Shown here piece by piece: positions 49,601-57,601 of a stretch of DNA of 64,000 nucleotides (position 1 is the stretch's first letter; every line of letters starts with the position of its first letter). Position numbers and translations under genes: made by a program. This DNA comes from an uncultured Lachnospiraceae bacterium (GTDB lineage: Bacteria; Bacillota; Clostridia; Lachnospirales; Lachnospiraceae), in contig CAJUHJ010000001.1 in NCBI GenBank assembly GCA_910586355.1, positions 69,615 through 133,614 on the forward strand. The letters run 5' to 3'. The notes under the pieces were generated by a model, which made no database searches, was not told where the DNA came from, and saw nothing but the letters and a program-made list of their open reading frames with translations.

Positions 49601-51950
49601 AGAAGTTAATCAGACGATTACGGGAAATAAAGCGTTTACCGGAAGCGGTAATAATACTGTAATGAGTCTCAATGTATATTCGACGAAAGATGAGTATGGA
49701 AATACTTATGTTATGGCAGTAAATAATAAAGAAACCAGCGTATTAGCAGTAGATATTTCCGTAGATGAGCTGGATTTGACAGGCAAAGAAATTGATGTTT
49801 GGTATTTGACGTCAGAAAATGTTACTGATATGAATACACTGGCAGAGCCAGACAAAATTACGGTACAGAAAACTACCGTAAACGGCAGCGGCACAAGCAT
49901 AAATTATGTACTTCAGCCGCATTCCGTATACAGCTTTAAAATTCCGGCAGAGAAAACGACTGTTACAGTAACAGCAGGAGAAAATGGAGCGGCAAGCGGC
50001 GGTAAAGAAAATGCAGCGCCGGGAGAGGAAATAACAGTGACAGCTACGCCGGATGACGGATACGATTTTGTCGGCTGGTTTGCGGATGATGAACTGGTAT
50101 CATCAGAGAGAGAATATACGTTTTGTGTGCCAAAAGAAGGAATTACGCTTGAGGCAAGATTCAGCCGTCCGGTAGAAATTACGATAGAAACAGAGACGGG
50201 CGGAACGGCAAGCGACAGCCTGACAGCGGCAGTGGGCAGGGAAATTACTGTAACTGCACATCCGGACACGGGCTATGAGTTTGACGGCTGGTATCAGGGA
50301 ACAGAGAAAGTATGCGAGACGGTTTCGTATACATTTGTAATATCAGAAGCAGTTACGTTGACGGCGAAATTTGTTAAAAAGAAGTTTGCAGTAACTGTAA
50401 CTGCCCAAACGGGCGGAACGGTAAGCGGCGGCAGTCAGGAGGCAGAATATGGTACAGAAGTAACAGTTAGTGCGACAGCAAATGAAGGTTATGAATTTAT
50501 TGGCTGGTATCAGGGAACAGAGAAGGTGAGCGACAGTGCGTCTTATACGTTTACTGTGGAATCAGCAGTTTCATTAATGGCAAAATTTAAGAAAAAACAG
50601 GAACCGGTGGAAACAGTAGCAATTAACGTGGAGGCTGAAGAAGGCGGAACGGTAAGCGGCGGCAAGACAGATGCAGAAGTAGGAAGCAGAATAACTGTCA
50701 AAGCGAGGCCGGATGCAGGCTATGAATTTGACGGCTGGTATCAGGGGACAGAGAAGGTAAGCGAGAACGCGTCTTATACGTTCACCGTAGAATCGGCGCT
50801 TACATTGACAGCAAAATTTAAGAAAAAACAAGAGCTGGCCGAGACGGCGGACATTAAAGTAGAATCCGAAGAAGGCGGCGCCGTAAGCGGCGGTAAAGAA
50901 GGTATTGAAATAGGGACTAACTTGACTGTTACGGCAGAACCATCCGAGGGATACGAATTTGACGGTTGGTATCTGGGTGAAGAAAAAGTGTCTGAGGAAT
51001 TGTCCTATACGTTTAAGGTAGAAGAATCCATTACCTTAACAGCGAAGTTTGTGAAAAAACAAGTTTCTGTCGAAAAAGTAAAAGTAACAGTAAAAACAAC
51101 GGCAGGCGGAACGGTAAGCGGCACAACAGAAGTCGCTGTTGGAAGCAAAGTAACAGTAAAAGCAACGGCAAATGCAGGGTATAGCTTTGCAGGCTGGTAC
51201 AATGGCAGCGTAAAAGTTTCCCAAAGCGCCACATATACGTTCCAGGCAAAAACAGCCATTACATTAACGGCAAAATTTACGAGGAAAATGGTTTCTATCA
51301 CTGTGAAAGCAGGCGTTGGAGGAAAAGCAAGCGGACCGAAAACAGCAGCTGTAGGAAGCAAAGCGACTGTAAAGGCGTTTCCGAATACGGGCTATGAGTT
51401 CGCAGGCTGGTACATTGGAAGTAAAATAGTATCGCGGACTCCTACTTATACGTTTACAGTAACTGGAGCCGTAGTACTGACCGCATCATTCAAAAAGAAA
51501 GCTGATACGAGTGTTGAGGAACAGGAATATAGAGTAGGCAAGTTTTATTATCAAATTATAGATGAAGCAAAGAAAACAGTTAAGATTATAAAAGGTACAA
51601 ATAATAAAGCGAAAAAACTTGTCATACCTGCGACTGTTAAAATTAATAAAGTGACATATAAGGTTGTACAGATTTCAGAATCCGCTTTTTTGAATTACAC
51701 AAAACTTACAGATGTTACAATTGGTAAAAATATTACTACGATTCAAAAAGACGCTTTCAAGGGTTGTAAAAAGTTAAAGAAAGTTATATTGAAAGGGACA
51801 AAATTAAAAACAATTCAGAAGGGCGCATTTGCGAAAACGTCTTCTAAGATGTCTGTAAAAGTTCCGAAGAGCCTGAAAGGAAAGAAGGGAGGAAAATTAC
51901 TGAATAAATTAAAAAAAGCCGGCATGAATAAAAAAACAAAAATAAAATAA
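43644..51950 (+). CDS. 2768-aa secreted modular glycoside hydrolase: 3 LamG-like domains, 14 beta-repeat (InlB-B/Flg_new-like) domains, clan-A (GH51-like) catalytic domain, C-terminal BspA-like LRR
   Basis: GLVGYWTF...WHHV...DEIRYY three times; (G)Y-x-F-x-GWY...LTAKF repeats (7+7); VRYPGG, FELGNE, VAVSEFG; C-terminal IPATVKI...AFKGC. Confidence 0.82.
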   Translation: MGIRRILRKTMSSILALSMIVGSAPVGVYAEQSKESRESSVDLTEGLVGYWTFDGGTENDEWLKSSVTDGLVATKTENGVSLSETGGIVGGGVDFAGVRDTYLTLKLKDANVPITSAVNDTGFAIGAWVNYRTITYDGAANVPTSVFHLDGDSAGQPILSIGSLSNGDVYNTNLGGVLKFSTQTIETQKWHHVMAVYQSGRIYFYINGELKGNEQLAGAITYGDGNRAGDIRVGYHRANDSAAVDGVMDEIRYYNKAVSAEVVQAIYNEQALRLDIESLKEELRVLLARAQNLSGGTEDSEVALSSAKTAAENLVNGELQLTEAVKMDLIQKKEALKSAINQYHTEENASIPIRDGLVGYWTFEGDSEAGSLASKAFVQNVTAAKTGTGVTLSDTGGISGKAVSFTGDNTSWLTLNLNDANKGLMPSTNAFTLGAWIKYEQMDTSSAISVFHQDGTSTGRAILTISNHDSGAGMRYGTYLKGGNNYSAKKIMAGEWHHVVIAVDAAGSDRKAKIYVNGTLTNETDAAISNLVDGSGNIRVGAHRQNSDSPAIKGVMDEICYYDRTLSAEEIASVYSAYGMQYVETAAIRAELQELITEARALTGGTQAAETALNNVIEEITTLLEDSSTNVAAFTEKKTALENAITAYEESIQIEVTATAEQGNGTVTGTGNYRLNDNVTITATPNEGYRFIGWYKGEETDAVSTETSYTFQATENVALTAKFEKLKFDVTVDAGAGGTASGGDTQIEYNEEITVTASPAEGYEFTGWYKDGEPDTAVSTDASYTFHVTENVTLTAKFEKQKFDVTVDAGAGGTASGGGTQIEYGSETTVTATPNEGYSFLGWYIGETVKSADAEYTFIVTETVTLTAKFRDATIPAEKVDITVQAETGGTANPATQNVEVGSNATVTATPDTGYEFLGWYRGTEQISTSNPYIFIVEEGLDLTAKFEKKQIAVTVTANPSEGGTVSGADPNVEYGTSITVTAAANTAYRFVGWYSGDSETAVSTNTSYTFEATEDITLTARFEKKKFAVTVTANPPAGGTVSGGSQEAEYGTQVTVTATPNESYEFLGWYVGDTLKSSNASYTFTVTEALALTAKFEYSVPPIETVAVTVHAETGGTVSGGKSDAEVGSDITVTATPNPGYEFSGWYQGETKVSDQASYTFEVAEAVTLTAKFSVRNVNVVTEGLVGYWTFEGDSETDRLASKASVANVNAAKTGEGVTLPNSGGISGGAVSFAGNNTSWLTLNLTGANKGLTPSTNAFTIGAWIKYGAMEIDSQNAISVFHQDGTDTGRAILTIGKNGQNGMRYGTYLAASNQFSTENIVAEEWHHVVIAVDAPGTGRKAKIYVNGKLTNEADSTLAANLVNGSGNIRVGAHRQNTSSQAVNGIVDEIRYYDRAISAEEVKTIYDVYGDTVEAENLKQELLAMLEAAKEMTGGSEEATEALNAIITEIETWLENNPSANSEALEQKAAELQAAIDAYEAGTPVVVAVDTTDELREIPSAMFGINHRYHNYGYGSWDNENDKIFDDFNRLAKEASFGSVRYPGGTVSNLFTWKDSIGPKDERTTIIAGNNFYSGAGETPVDPAFGVDEAMKWIYDDLKSEAIFVYGFGRGNPQDAADLVEYLNAPNDGSNPNGGVDWAAVRAENGHEEPYGVIRFELGNEFSDTGQNYWMSGLSEHNKGVVDLYIEGDRMTISGQQSYYQLNNKVAKKGDWRDAASKSDGKPNEERYVYYLPVVENTATVFVAGTEWEIVDTFSGQGKRNVCTFDYETGKITFGDGTNGNIPSAGAQITCNYKTDQSGFVDYYDAMKSVADEIGTDIEIYSGIFDGRQNDFIDKMHQKGYDNKYDGVIIHPYSSGVSSYEDSLARAKGFSNNIATYKNKMHTVTGDDRKKVAVSEFGILSVTPASNYQTSIGHAIYIANHMIDCVNSGAAYQNKHCLVDTTGASDNLGAWQQCVIQSHQTDNGYQYVSTPSARLFSIFNNMTGSTEVNQTITGNKAFTGSGNNTVMSLNVYSTKDEYGNTYVMAVNNKETSVLAVDISVDELDLTGKEIDVWYLTSENVTDMNTLAEPDKITVQKTTVNGSGTSINYVLQPHSVYSFKIPAEKTTVTVTAGENGAASGGKENAAPGEEITVTATPDDGYDFVGWFADDELVSSEREYTFCVPKEGITLEARFSRPVEITIETETGGTASDSLTAAVGREITVTAHPDTGYEFDGWYQGTEKVCETVSYTFVISEAVTLTAKFVKKKFAVTVTAQTGGTVSGGSQEAEYGTEVTVSATANEGYEFIGWYQGTEKVSDSASYTFTVESAVSLMAKFKKKQEPVETVAINVEAEEGGTVSGGKTDAEVGSRITVKARPDAGYEFDGWYQGTEKVSENASYTFTVESALTLTAKFKKKQELAETADIKVESEEGGAVSGGKEGIEIGTNLTVTAEPSEGYEFDGWYLGEEKVSEELSYTFKVEESITLTAKFVKKQVSVEKVKVTVKTTAGGTVSGTTEVAVGSKVTVKATANAGYSFAGWYNGSVKVSQSATYTFQAKTAITLTAKFTRKMVSITVKAGVGGKASGPKTAAVGSKATVKAFPNTGYEFAGWYIGSKIVSRTPTYTFTVTGAVVLTASFKKKADTSVEEQEYRVGKFYYQIIDEAKKTVKIIKGTNNKAKKLVIPATVKINKVTYKVVQISESAFLNYTKLTDVTIGKNITTIQKDAFKGCKKLKKVILKGTKLKTIQKGAFAKTSSKMSVKVPKSLKGKKGGKLLNKLKKAGMNKKTKIK

Positions 51951-51959
51951 ATATTATGC

Positions 51960-51989
51960 TTGACTTTTATTGGTAAATGTGTGTATAAT
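51960..51989 (+). promoter_or_regulatory. sigma-A promoter of the tRNA pair
   Basis: TTGACT (51960-51965), 18-bp spacer, TATAAT (51984-51989). Confidence 0.65.
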
Positions 51990-52022
51990 AATGGAGCAGG
52001 TCAGGAATGGCTTGCTCCATAT

Positions 52023-52095
52023 GGGATCTTAGCTCAGCTGGGAGAGCATCTGCCTTACAAGCAGAGGGTCACAGGTTCGAGCCCTGTAGGTCCCA
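52023..52095 (+). tRNA. tRNA-Val(TAC)
   Basis: Cloverleaf: GGGATCT/AGGTCCC acceptor stem, TCTGC-CT-TAC-AA-GCAGA anticodon arm, GGTTCGAG T loop; CCA not encoded. Confidence 0.97.
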
Positions 52096-52104
52096 TATAT
52101 TCAT

Positions 52105-52178
52105 GGCGGAATAGCTCAGTTGGCTAGAGCACACGGTTCATACCCGTGGTGTCGAGAGTTCAAATCTCCCTTCCGCTA
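52105..52178 (+). tRNA. tRNA-Met(CAT), elongator type
   Basis: GGCGGAA/TTCCGCT acceptor stem, CACGG-TT-CAT-AC-CCGTG anticodon arm; lacks the three G-C pairs and the 1:72 mismatch of initiators. Confidence 0.93.
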
Positions 52179-52185
52179 CTTTATT

Positions 52186-52217
52186 AAAAGCTCCGAAGCT
52201 ATACTTCGGAGCTTTTT
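52186..52217 (+). terminator. intrinsic terminator after the tRNAs
   Basis: aaaagctccgaag / cttcggagctttt. Confidence 0.85.
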
Positions 52218-52242
52218 GTGATTTAAAGAAAGGAAAAGAGAT

Positions 52243-53289
52243 ATGCAGGAAGATAGATTTTTAGAAGTGTTAAAAGAACATACGCTGCGTTATCCGCAAA
52301 TGAGTCCGCAGGATTATGGGAAACTCATTTATCAAAGTGAATTTGGAGCAAAGCATATGTTGGGAGAGCGAAAGTTTGTGTTATCCCAGATAAAAGAAGA
52401 ATTTGATACATTGCCCAAAAAATCTATGCCGGAGGGAATTGAACGGATTGGAACAGAAATTTGCCGTTATCCGTTGTCTGCACTTACGACAGAAGGGGCG
52501 ATTGAACTTTGTACAGATTTGTTTTTTCTGGCTGCGAATACATGTCATGGATCAAGGGAGAGTTTACTTAAAAAAATCTCATATACACAGCAGCTTCAAA
52601 GAATGGGTATGAGAGAGTGGATGTCAAATTGGGTACGGGGCGGCTGCCCTTCAATACGCCATAGCAAGACCTTCCGTGAAACGTATCATCCGCATTACCG
52701 GCTGCTTCGGACAGAATATGCAGTTTATTTTCCGGCGCTGCTTGAAATCACAAGGCTTATAAAAGGGGATAAACCAGTTTTAATAGGGATTGACGGAAGA
52801 TGCGGAAGCGGTAAATCGGAGTTTGCCAAATTGATTGAAAAGTTGTTTTCCTGCAATGTTGTGCATATGGATGATTTTTATCTGCCGTCAGAAAAGAGAA
52901 GGGCAGATTGGTTTGAAATTTCTGGAGGAAATATTGATTTTGAGCGTTTTCGTAAAGAAGTGCTTCTTCCAGTACAGGCGGGTGATATGATATATTACCG
53001 TCCGTATGACTGCAAGAAAGGTTTGGCCGAAAAAGAACTGCCGCTGCCACCGCGTCGTTTAACCGTGGTGGAGGGCAGTTATTCACATCATCCCGATTTA
53101 AGGGCAGAGTATGATTTTAAAATTTTTCTGCATTGTATGAAACAAACGCAGAACAGCCGTCTTTTGAAACGGGAAGGAGACGATTACCCAGTATTTTTGG
53201 AACGCTGGATTCCGATGGAAGAACGTTATTTTGCCCAATACCTTATTGCAGAAAACAGTGATTTGATAGTGGAAACCGATTTGATTTAA
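52243..53289 (+). CDS. uridine-kinase-like P-loop protein with an N-terminal domain of unknown function
   Basis: IGIDGRCGSGKS Walker A, HMDDFY, VVEGSYS, WIPMEERYF. Confidence 0.75.
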   Translation: MQEDRFLEVLKEHTLRYPQMSPQDYGKLIYQSEFGAKHMLGERKFVLSQIKEEFDTLPKKSMPEGIERIGTEICRYPLSALTTEGAIELCTDLFFLAANTCHGSRESLLKKISYTQQLQRMGMREWMSNWVRGGCPSIRHSKTFRETYHPHYRLLRTEYAVYFPALLEITRLIKGDKPVLIGIDGRCGSGKSEFAKLIEKLFSCNVVHMDDFYLPSEKRRADWFEISGGNIDFERFRKEVLLPVQAGDMIYYRPYDCKKGLAEKELPLPPRRLTVVEGSYSHHPDLRAEYDFKIFLHCMKQTQNSRLLKREGDDYPVFLERWIPMEERYFAQYLIAENSDLIVETDLI

Positions 53290-55901
53290 TCGTCTTCATT
53301 TTTCTTTTTTATGGGTTTGTCTTCTTTTGGTTTTTTATTCTCGTCATCCATGGTTTCTAAAGCGTTTTCTTCCACTGGAGGCGGCGGAGTTGCTGGAATC
53401 ATTGGGGCGACATGAATCGGGCAGGTGTTTGTAGGCGAACCGTCGTTTAGGAGATATGGACCGTCGGCAGACCCGGGTGAACCGCCTGTGATGTAGACGC
53501 CGCCAACGCGTCCTGGACAAAATTCAGTTGCAAGCATTCCGGATTCGGAGCAGACGGTGACGTTTACGTGATGGTCGCAGTGTTCTGTTGGGACGCTTCC
53601 CTCTGCAAAATATTCTGTGGACGCCATACTGCCTCTTGGGTCGGCGTCACAGAGACCGCTTACGACCAGTTTACCGGATTTTTTGCAGACAGTCGCAGTT
53701 GTAATGTCTTCCGGCATGGTAAAGTCCATATACTCTAAATTTTCGTGAATCCGGCTCATTACAGCCCTCCAGATTTTTTTGGGATAAGAGGTTGTTCCGC
53801 CTGCCTGCGGCGTGTTATCATCATATCCTCCCCAGACAACGCAGGTATAATATGGAGTGAATCCGGCGAACAGCGCGTCTCTGTTTTTTGTGGTTGTACC
53901 CGTTTTTCCTGCAATTGCCATATTTCCAAAGTTTACAGCAGTTCCAGTCCCTTTTGTTACAACGTCTTCCATGGCGTTTGTCAAAAGCCATGCGGTAGAA
54001 CTTTTTAAGACGCCGTGTGTCTGAGGGGTATTGTCAATTAAAACATTGCCGTCGTGGTCAAGTATTTTTGTATAAAATCTTGGTTTGATGTATGTGCCGT
54101 TGTTTGCGATAGTAGCATATGCCGCAGTCAGTTCTAAATTCGTAACGCCTTTTGTAATACCGCCTAAGGCTAAAGACTGGATATTATCTTCATCTACCAG
54201 AGTTGAAAACCCAAATTCTTTTAAATAGCTGAAACCAAGGTCTGTACCGATTTCTGTTAATGTTTTTACGGTAACAATATTAATTGACTGCGTAATGGCT
54301 TCGCGGAGCGTGGTAAAACCGCGGAAGGAATTGTCATAGTTCCTTAAAGACGTACCGTTTTCGTAGGAATATGGGGCGTCGTCTTGTACAGAAGCCAAAG
54401 TCAGGCCTCCGCTGTCAAGAGCCGGCGCATAAGCTGCAAGGACTTTAAAGGTAGAGCCGGGCTGTCTCGCCGTATCCGTAGCGCGGTTTAGGGTTTTGCT
54501 GGCAGTTTTGCTGCCTCTTCCGCCGACAATGGCGACAACTTCTCCAGTTGCCTGATTCATAACAGTCAAAGCGGCTTCCGGCTGGAGAGTAAATGTTACG
54601 GTTTCCCCATTTGCTACGATTTTATCGCCTTCCTGCATAATTTCTGCTTTATATTGGTCAATGGCGGCCTGCGCCTCTTCTTGTGAAGCGAAATTAATGT
54701 TATAATCTTTGTTTGAAGCCTGATAATAAGAAAGCATGGTCTGTTCACTGTAATTTGCATAGCTGCCGTCTGCTTTTTCGATGGTCAGACGGTAGGAGAA
54801 AGAATACTTTGGTTCTAAAGGATAGTTTTCTAAATTGTTGACTTCTTCATCGCAAATCGCCTGCAAAGCAGGGTTTTGTGTGGAATAAATTGTCAGCCCG
54901 CCATTGTAAAGCGTTTTATATGCCTGTGTTTCGGTATATCCTTTTAGGTCAATCAAATCCTGAATGACTTGGTTGGTCAGCTCGTCTACGAAATAGGAAG
55001 TGACAGATTTTTCTTCCACTGCAGTATTAACAATCTGAATACGGTCGTAAACGGTATCTGCAATGGCTTCATCGTATTCCTGCTGTGTAATGTATTCGTG
55101 TTTGAGCATATTTTCAAGAACTTTGTCACGGCGTTCTATATTTTTTTCTGGATGGCTGATTGGGTTAAGCCTGGACGGATTCTGGGTGATGGCGGCAATG
55201 ACGGCACATTCCGACAAAGTAAGTTCTGATACGTTTTTGTTGAAATAACGTCTGGAAGCGGCCTGGACGCCTAATGTATTTTGTCCCAGATTGATTGTGT
55301 TTAAGTAATTTTCCAAAATCCAGTCTTTTGACACTTTTTTTTCAAGTTGTAAGGCAAGATATTGTTCTTGGATTTTTCGTTTGAATTTGTCTGCCATAGA
55401 GGTTTCGCTTGTCCAGCTTGTAAAAACATTGTTTTTTAACAGCTGCTGCGTAATCGTACTGGCTCCTTCTGAAAAATGCCCGGTTGTAATTCCTCTGATG
55501 CCGGCGCGCAGGATACCTTTTAAATCAATACCGTTGTGTTCATAAAAACGTTCGTCTTCGATTGCTACAAACGCATGTTGTAGTTTGAGAGGGATTTCTT
55601 CAATGGTAGCATATACGCGGTTGGAACCCGTAGCTACGAGTTTTGCAGTCTGGTTGCCCTCTGTATCGAGTACGGTAGAAAGAAAGCCGGTTGGCGTCGC
55701 ATCATCAAGATTGATTTCTGGTGCGGCGTCAATGATGCCTTTGGCAATGCCAATGGCTGTACAGCCTCCGATAATAAAGATTGCAAAAAAACATACGAGC
55801 AGAGTTTTCAAAAAAATTATGTTGAATTTTTTGAGAATCATAGTACTTTTGGATGTAAGCTCTTTTTCACGCTTTTTTGTACTATTTTTTCCATAGTTCA
55901 T
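53286..55901 (-). CDS. class A penicillin-binding protein (PBP1A family)
   Basis: EDERFYEHNG, GASTITQQL, RKIQE transglycosylase motifs; STFK, SIN, KTG transpeptidase motifs. Confidence 0.95.
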   Translation of the reverse strand: MNYGKNSTKKREKELTSKSTMILKKFNIIFLKTLLVCFFAIFIIGGCTAIGIAKGIIDAAPEINLDDATPTGFLSTVLDTEGNQTAKLVATGSNRVYATIEEIPLKLQHAFVAIEDERFYEHNGIDLKGILRAGIRGITTGHFSEGASTITQQLLKNNVFTSWTSETSMADKFKRKIQEQYLALQLEKKVSKDWILENYLNTINLGQNTLGVQAASRRYFNKNVSELTLSECAVIAAITQNPSRLNPISHPEKNIERRDKVLENMLKHEYITQQEYDEAIADTVYDRIQIVNTAVEEKSVTSYFVDELTNQVIQDLIDLKGYTETQAYKTLYNGGLTIYSTQNPALQAICDEEVNNLENYPLEPKYSFSYRLTIEKADGSYANYSEQTMLSYYQASNKDYNINFASQEEAQAAIDQYKAEIMQEGDKIVANGETVTFTLQPEAALTVMNQATGEVVAIVGGRGSKTASKTLNRATDTARQPGSTFKVLAAYAPALDSGGLTLASVQDDAPYSYENGTSLRNYDNSFRGFTTLREAITQSINIVTVKTLTEIGTDLGFSYLKEFGFSTLVDEDNIQSLALGGITKGVTNLELTAAYATIANNGTYIKPRFYTKILDHDGNVLIDNTPQTHGVLKSSTAWLLTNAMEDVVTKGTGTAVNFGNMAIAGKTGTTTKNRDALFAGFTPYYTCVVWGGYDDNTPQAGGTTSYPKKIWRAVMSRIHENLEYMDFTMPEDITTATVCKKSGKLVVSGLCDADPRGSMASTEYFAEGSVPTEHCDHHVNVTVCSESGMLATEFCPGRVGGVYITGGSPGSADGPYLLNDGSPTNTCPIHVAPMIPATPPPPVEENALETMDDENKKPKEDKPIKKKNEDD

Positions 55902-56023
55902 AATAAGCCTCCTTTTTCACAAACCTATTATAGCAAAAACATTCTCATAATAAAAGTACCCTTTTTTTGTTGATTCAGACATTATGAAATGTTAAAATAG
56001 AAAACAAAGGCAGGGGAAATGAT

Positions 56024-56674
56024 ATGAAAACAGTGTATCAAGGCGGCAAAGGCGAGATTGTAGAGAAGAAATCAAGGTTTATTGCAACGGTACGTCCGGT
56101 TTCCTCAGAAGAGGAAGCAGAGCGTTTTATCGCAGAAATCAAGAAAAAGTATTGGGATGCAAGACATAATTGTTCTGCGTTTGTCATCGGGGACAATCAG
56201 GAAGTGACGAGATGTTCGGATGACGGAGAGCCAGGCCAGACGGCCGGCCGGCCTATGCTTGACGTGCTGCTGCGGGAAGGCATCCACAACACAGCGGTTG
56301 TTGTGACAAGGTATTTCGGAGGGACGCTTCTTGGAACGGGAGGTTTAGTGCGCGCTTATCAAAAAGCAGTTCAGGAAGGGCTTGCCAATAGTATTATTAT
56401 CGAGAAACAGCAGGGAATCACGCTTGCGATTCAGACAGATTACAATGGGCTTGGTAAGATACAGTATATTTTAGCGCAGAAAAATATGGCTGTGACCGGG
56501 ACGGATTATACGGACTTGGTAGAGATTCATGTGGTCGTGCCGAAAGGGGAAGAGCAGTCTTTAACAGAAGAAATTACAGAAGGGACAAGCGCCGGGGCTA
56601 AGTTTTCTTGGGGAAATGAAGTGGAATTTGCTTTCATAGAAAAAAATATAAAGATTTTTGAAAAAAATAGTTGA
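56024..56674 (+). CDS. yigZ: YigZ/IMPACT family protein
   Basis: EKKSRFI, ARHNCSAF, SDDGEP, VVTRYFGGTLLGTGGLVRAY. Confidence 0.93.
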   Translation: MKTVYQGGKGEIVEKKSRFIATVRPVSSEEEAERFIAEIKKKYWDARHNCSAFVIGDNQEVTRCSDDGEPGQTAGRPMLDVLLREGIHNTAVVVTRYFGGTLLGTGGLVRAYQKAVQEGLANSIIIEKQQGITLAIQTDYNGLGKIQYILAQKNMAVTGTDYTDLVEIHVVVPKGEEQSLTEEITEGTSAGAKFSWGNEVEFAFIEKNIKIFEKNS

Positions 56675-56698
56675 CTTTTTTGTATTATTCTGTATAAT
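56671..56698 (+). promoter_or_regulatory. sigma-A promoter for tRNA-Gln
   Basis: TTGACT (56671-56676), 16-bp spacer, TATAAT (56693-56698); the -35 overlaps the yigZ stop codon. Confidence 0.6.
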
Positions 56699-56729
56699 AA
56701 CTATTGTTGGTTCAAACGATACACGATAA

Positions 56730-56801
56730 TGGCCCATCGCCAAATGGTAAGGCAACGGACTCTGACTCCGTCATTTCAAGGTTCGAATCCTTGTGGGCCA
56801 G
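56730..56801 (+). tRNA. tRNA-Gln(CTG)
   Basis: TGGCCCA/TGGGCCA acceptor stem, ACGGA-CT-CTG-AC-TCCGT anticodon arm, GGTTCGAATCC T arm. Confidence 0.96.
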
Positions 56802-56808
56802 TTCTTAG

Positions 56809-56840
56809 AAAAGCATCACATAGCGTGGTGCTTTTTATTT
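56809..56840 (+). terminator. intrinsic terminator after tRNA-Gln
   Basis: aaaagcatcac / gtggtgctttt. Confidence 0.7.
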
Positions 56841-56887
56841 ATGTACATGGACGTCCAAAAGAAATAATATTATTAGGAGGATATACA

Positions 56888-57601
56888 ATGTTTTGTTTTG
56901 AAACAATCGTAAGGTATAGTGAGATTGATGTAAATAATCGCATGACATTATCTGCGGTTTTGGATTTACTGCAGGACTGCTGTACGTTCCAGTCTGAGGA
57001 AACCGGTATCGGACTGGAGTTTTTGCAAAAGGAGCACAGGGCCTGGGTGCTTTCTTCCTGGCAGGTTATATTAAACCGTTATCCGAAAATGGGCGATAAA
57101 ATCTATGTGTATACCTGGCCGTATGCTTTTAAGAATTTTCTGGGATACCGCAATTTTAAAATCGAGGATGCAGACGGAGAAATCATTTCTTATGCAAACT
57201 CTGTCTGGGTTTATTTAGATACGGACAGCGGCCATCCGGTGCGGGTGCCCAAAGCGGTATCGGAGTGTTATACGTTTGAACCGCCTTATGAGATGGAGCC
57301 TGTCAGCCGGAAAATTGAACTTTTTGAGGATATGGAGCAAAAAGAGCCGATACGTGTCGGACGTTTTCATATTGACACCAATCAGCATGTCAATAACGGT
57401 AAATATGTTATGATGGCGGAAGAATATCTGCCGGACTCGTTTCATGTGCATAAACTTCGTGCGGAATATAAGAAGGCGGCAGTTTTATCGGATATGATTT
57501 ATCCAAAAGTAAAAGAAATGGAGCATAAAGTAACGGCAGCTTTAGAAGATGAAGCAGGAAACCCGTATGCAGTAATAGAATTTATGGAGGAACAGGTATG
57601 A
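56888..57601 (+). CDS. acyl-ACP thioesterase
   Basis: VRYSEID, LLQDC, WVL, IDTNQHVNN, EYKK; ATG 56888 follows GGAGG (the track start at 56729 runs through the tRNA). Confidence 0.9.
   Translation: MFCFETIVRYSEIDVNNRMTLSAVLDLLQDCCTFQSEETGIGLEFLQKEHRAWVLSSWQVILNRYPKMGDKIYVYTWPYAFKNFLGYRNFKIEDADGEIISYANSVWVYLDTDSGHPVRVPKAVSECYTFEPPYEMEPVSRKIELFEDMEQKEPIRVGRFHIDTNQHVNNGKYVMMAEEYLPDSFHVHKLRAEYKKAAVLSDMIYPKVKEMEHKVTAALEDEAGNPYAVIEFMEEQV

Noticed and set aside
45600..51500. Repeats in the giant gene as a diversity-generating retroelement or shufflon
   Set aside because: They are in-frame domain repeats; no reverse transcriptase or recombinase is present and I saw no adenine-specific variation.
52023..56801. 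tRNA genes as attachment sites of an integrated element
   Set aside because: I saw no duplicated tRNA 3' end and no integrase in the window; the genes between them are housekeeping.
56729..56887. N-terminal extension of the thioesterase ORF in the track
   Set aside because: It runs through tRNA-Gln and its terminator; the real start is ATG 56888 with a GGAGG RBS.
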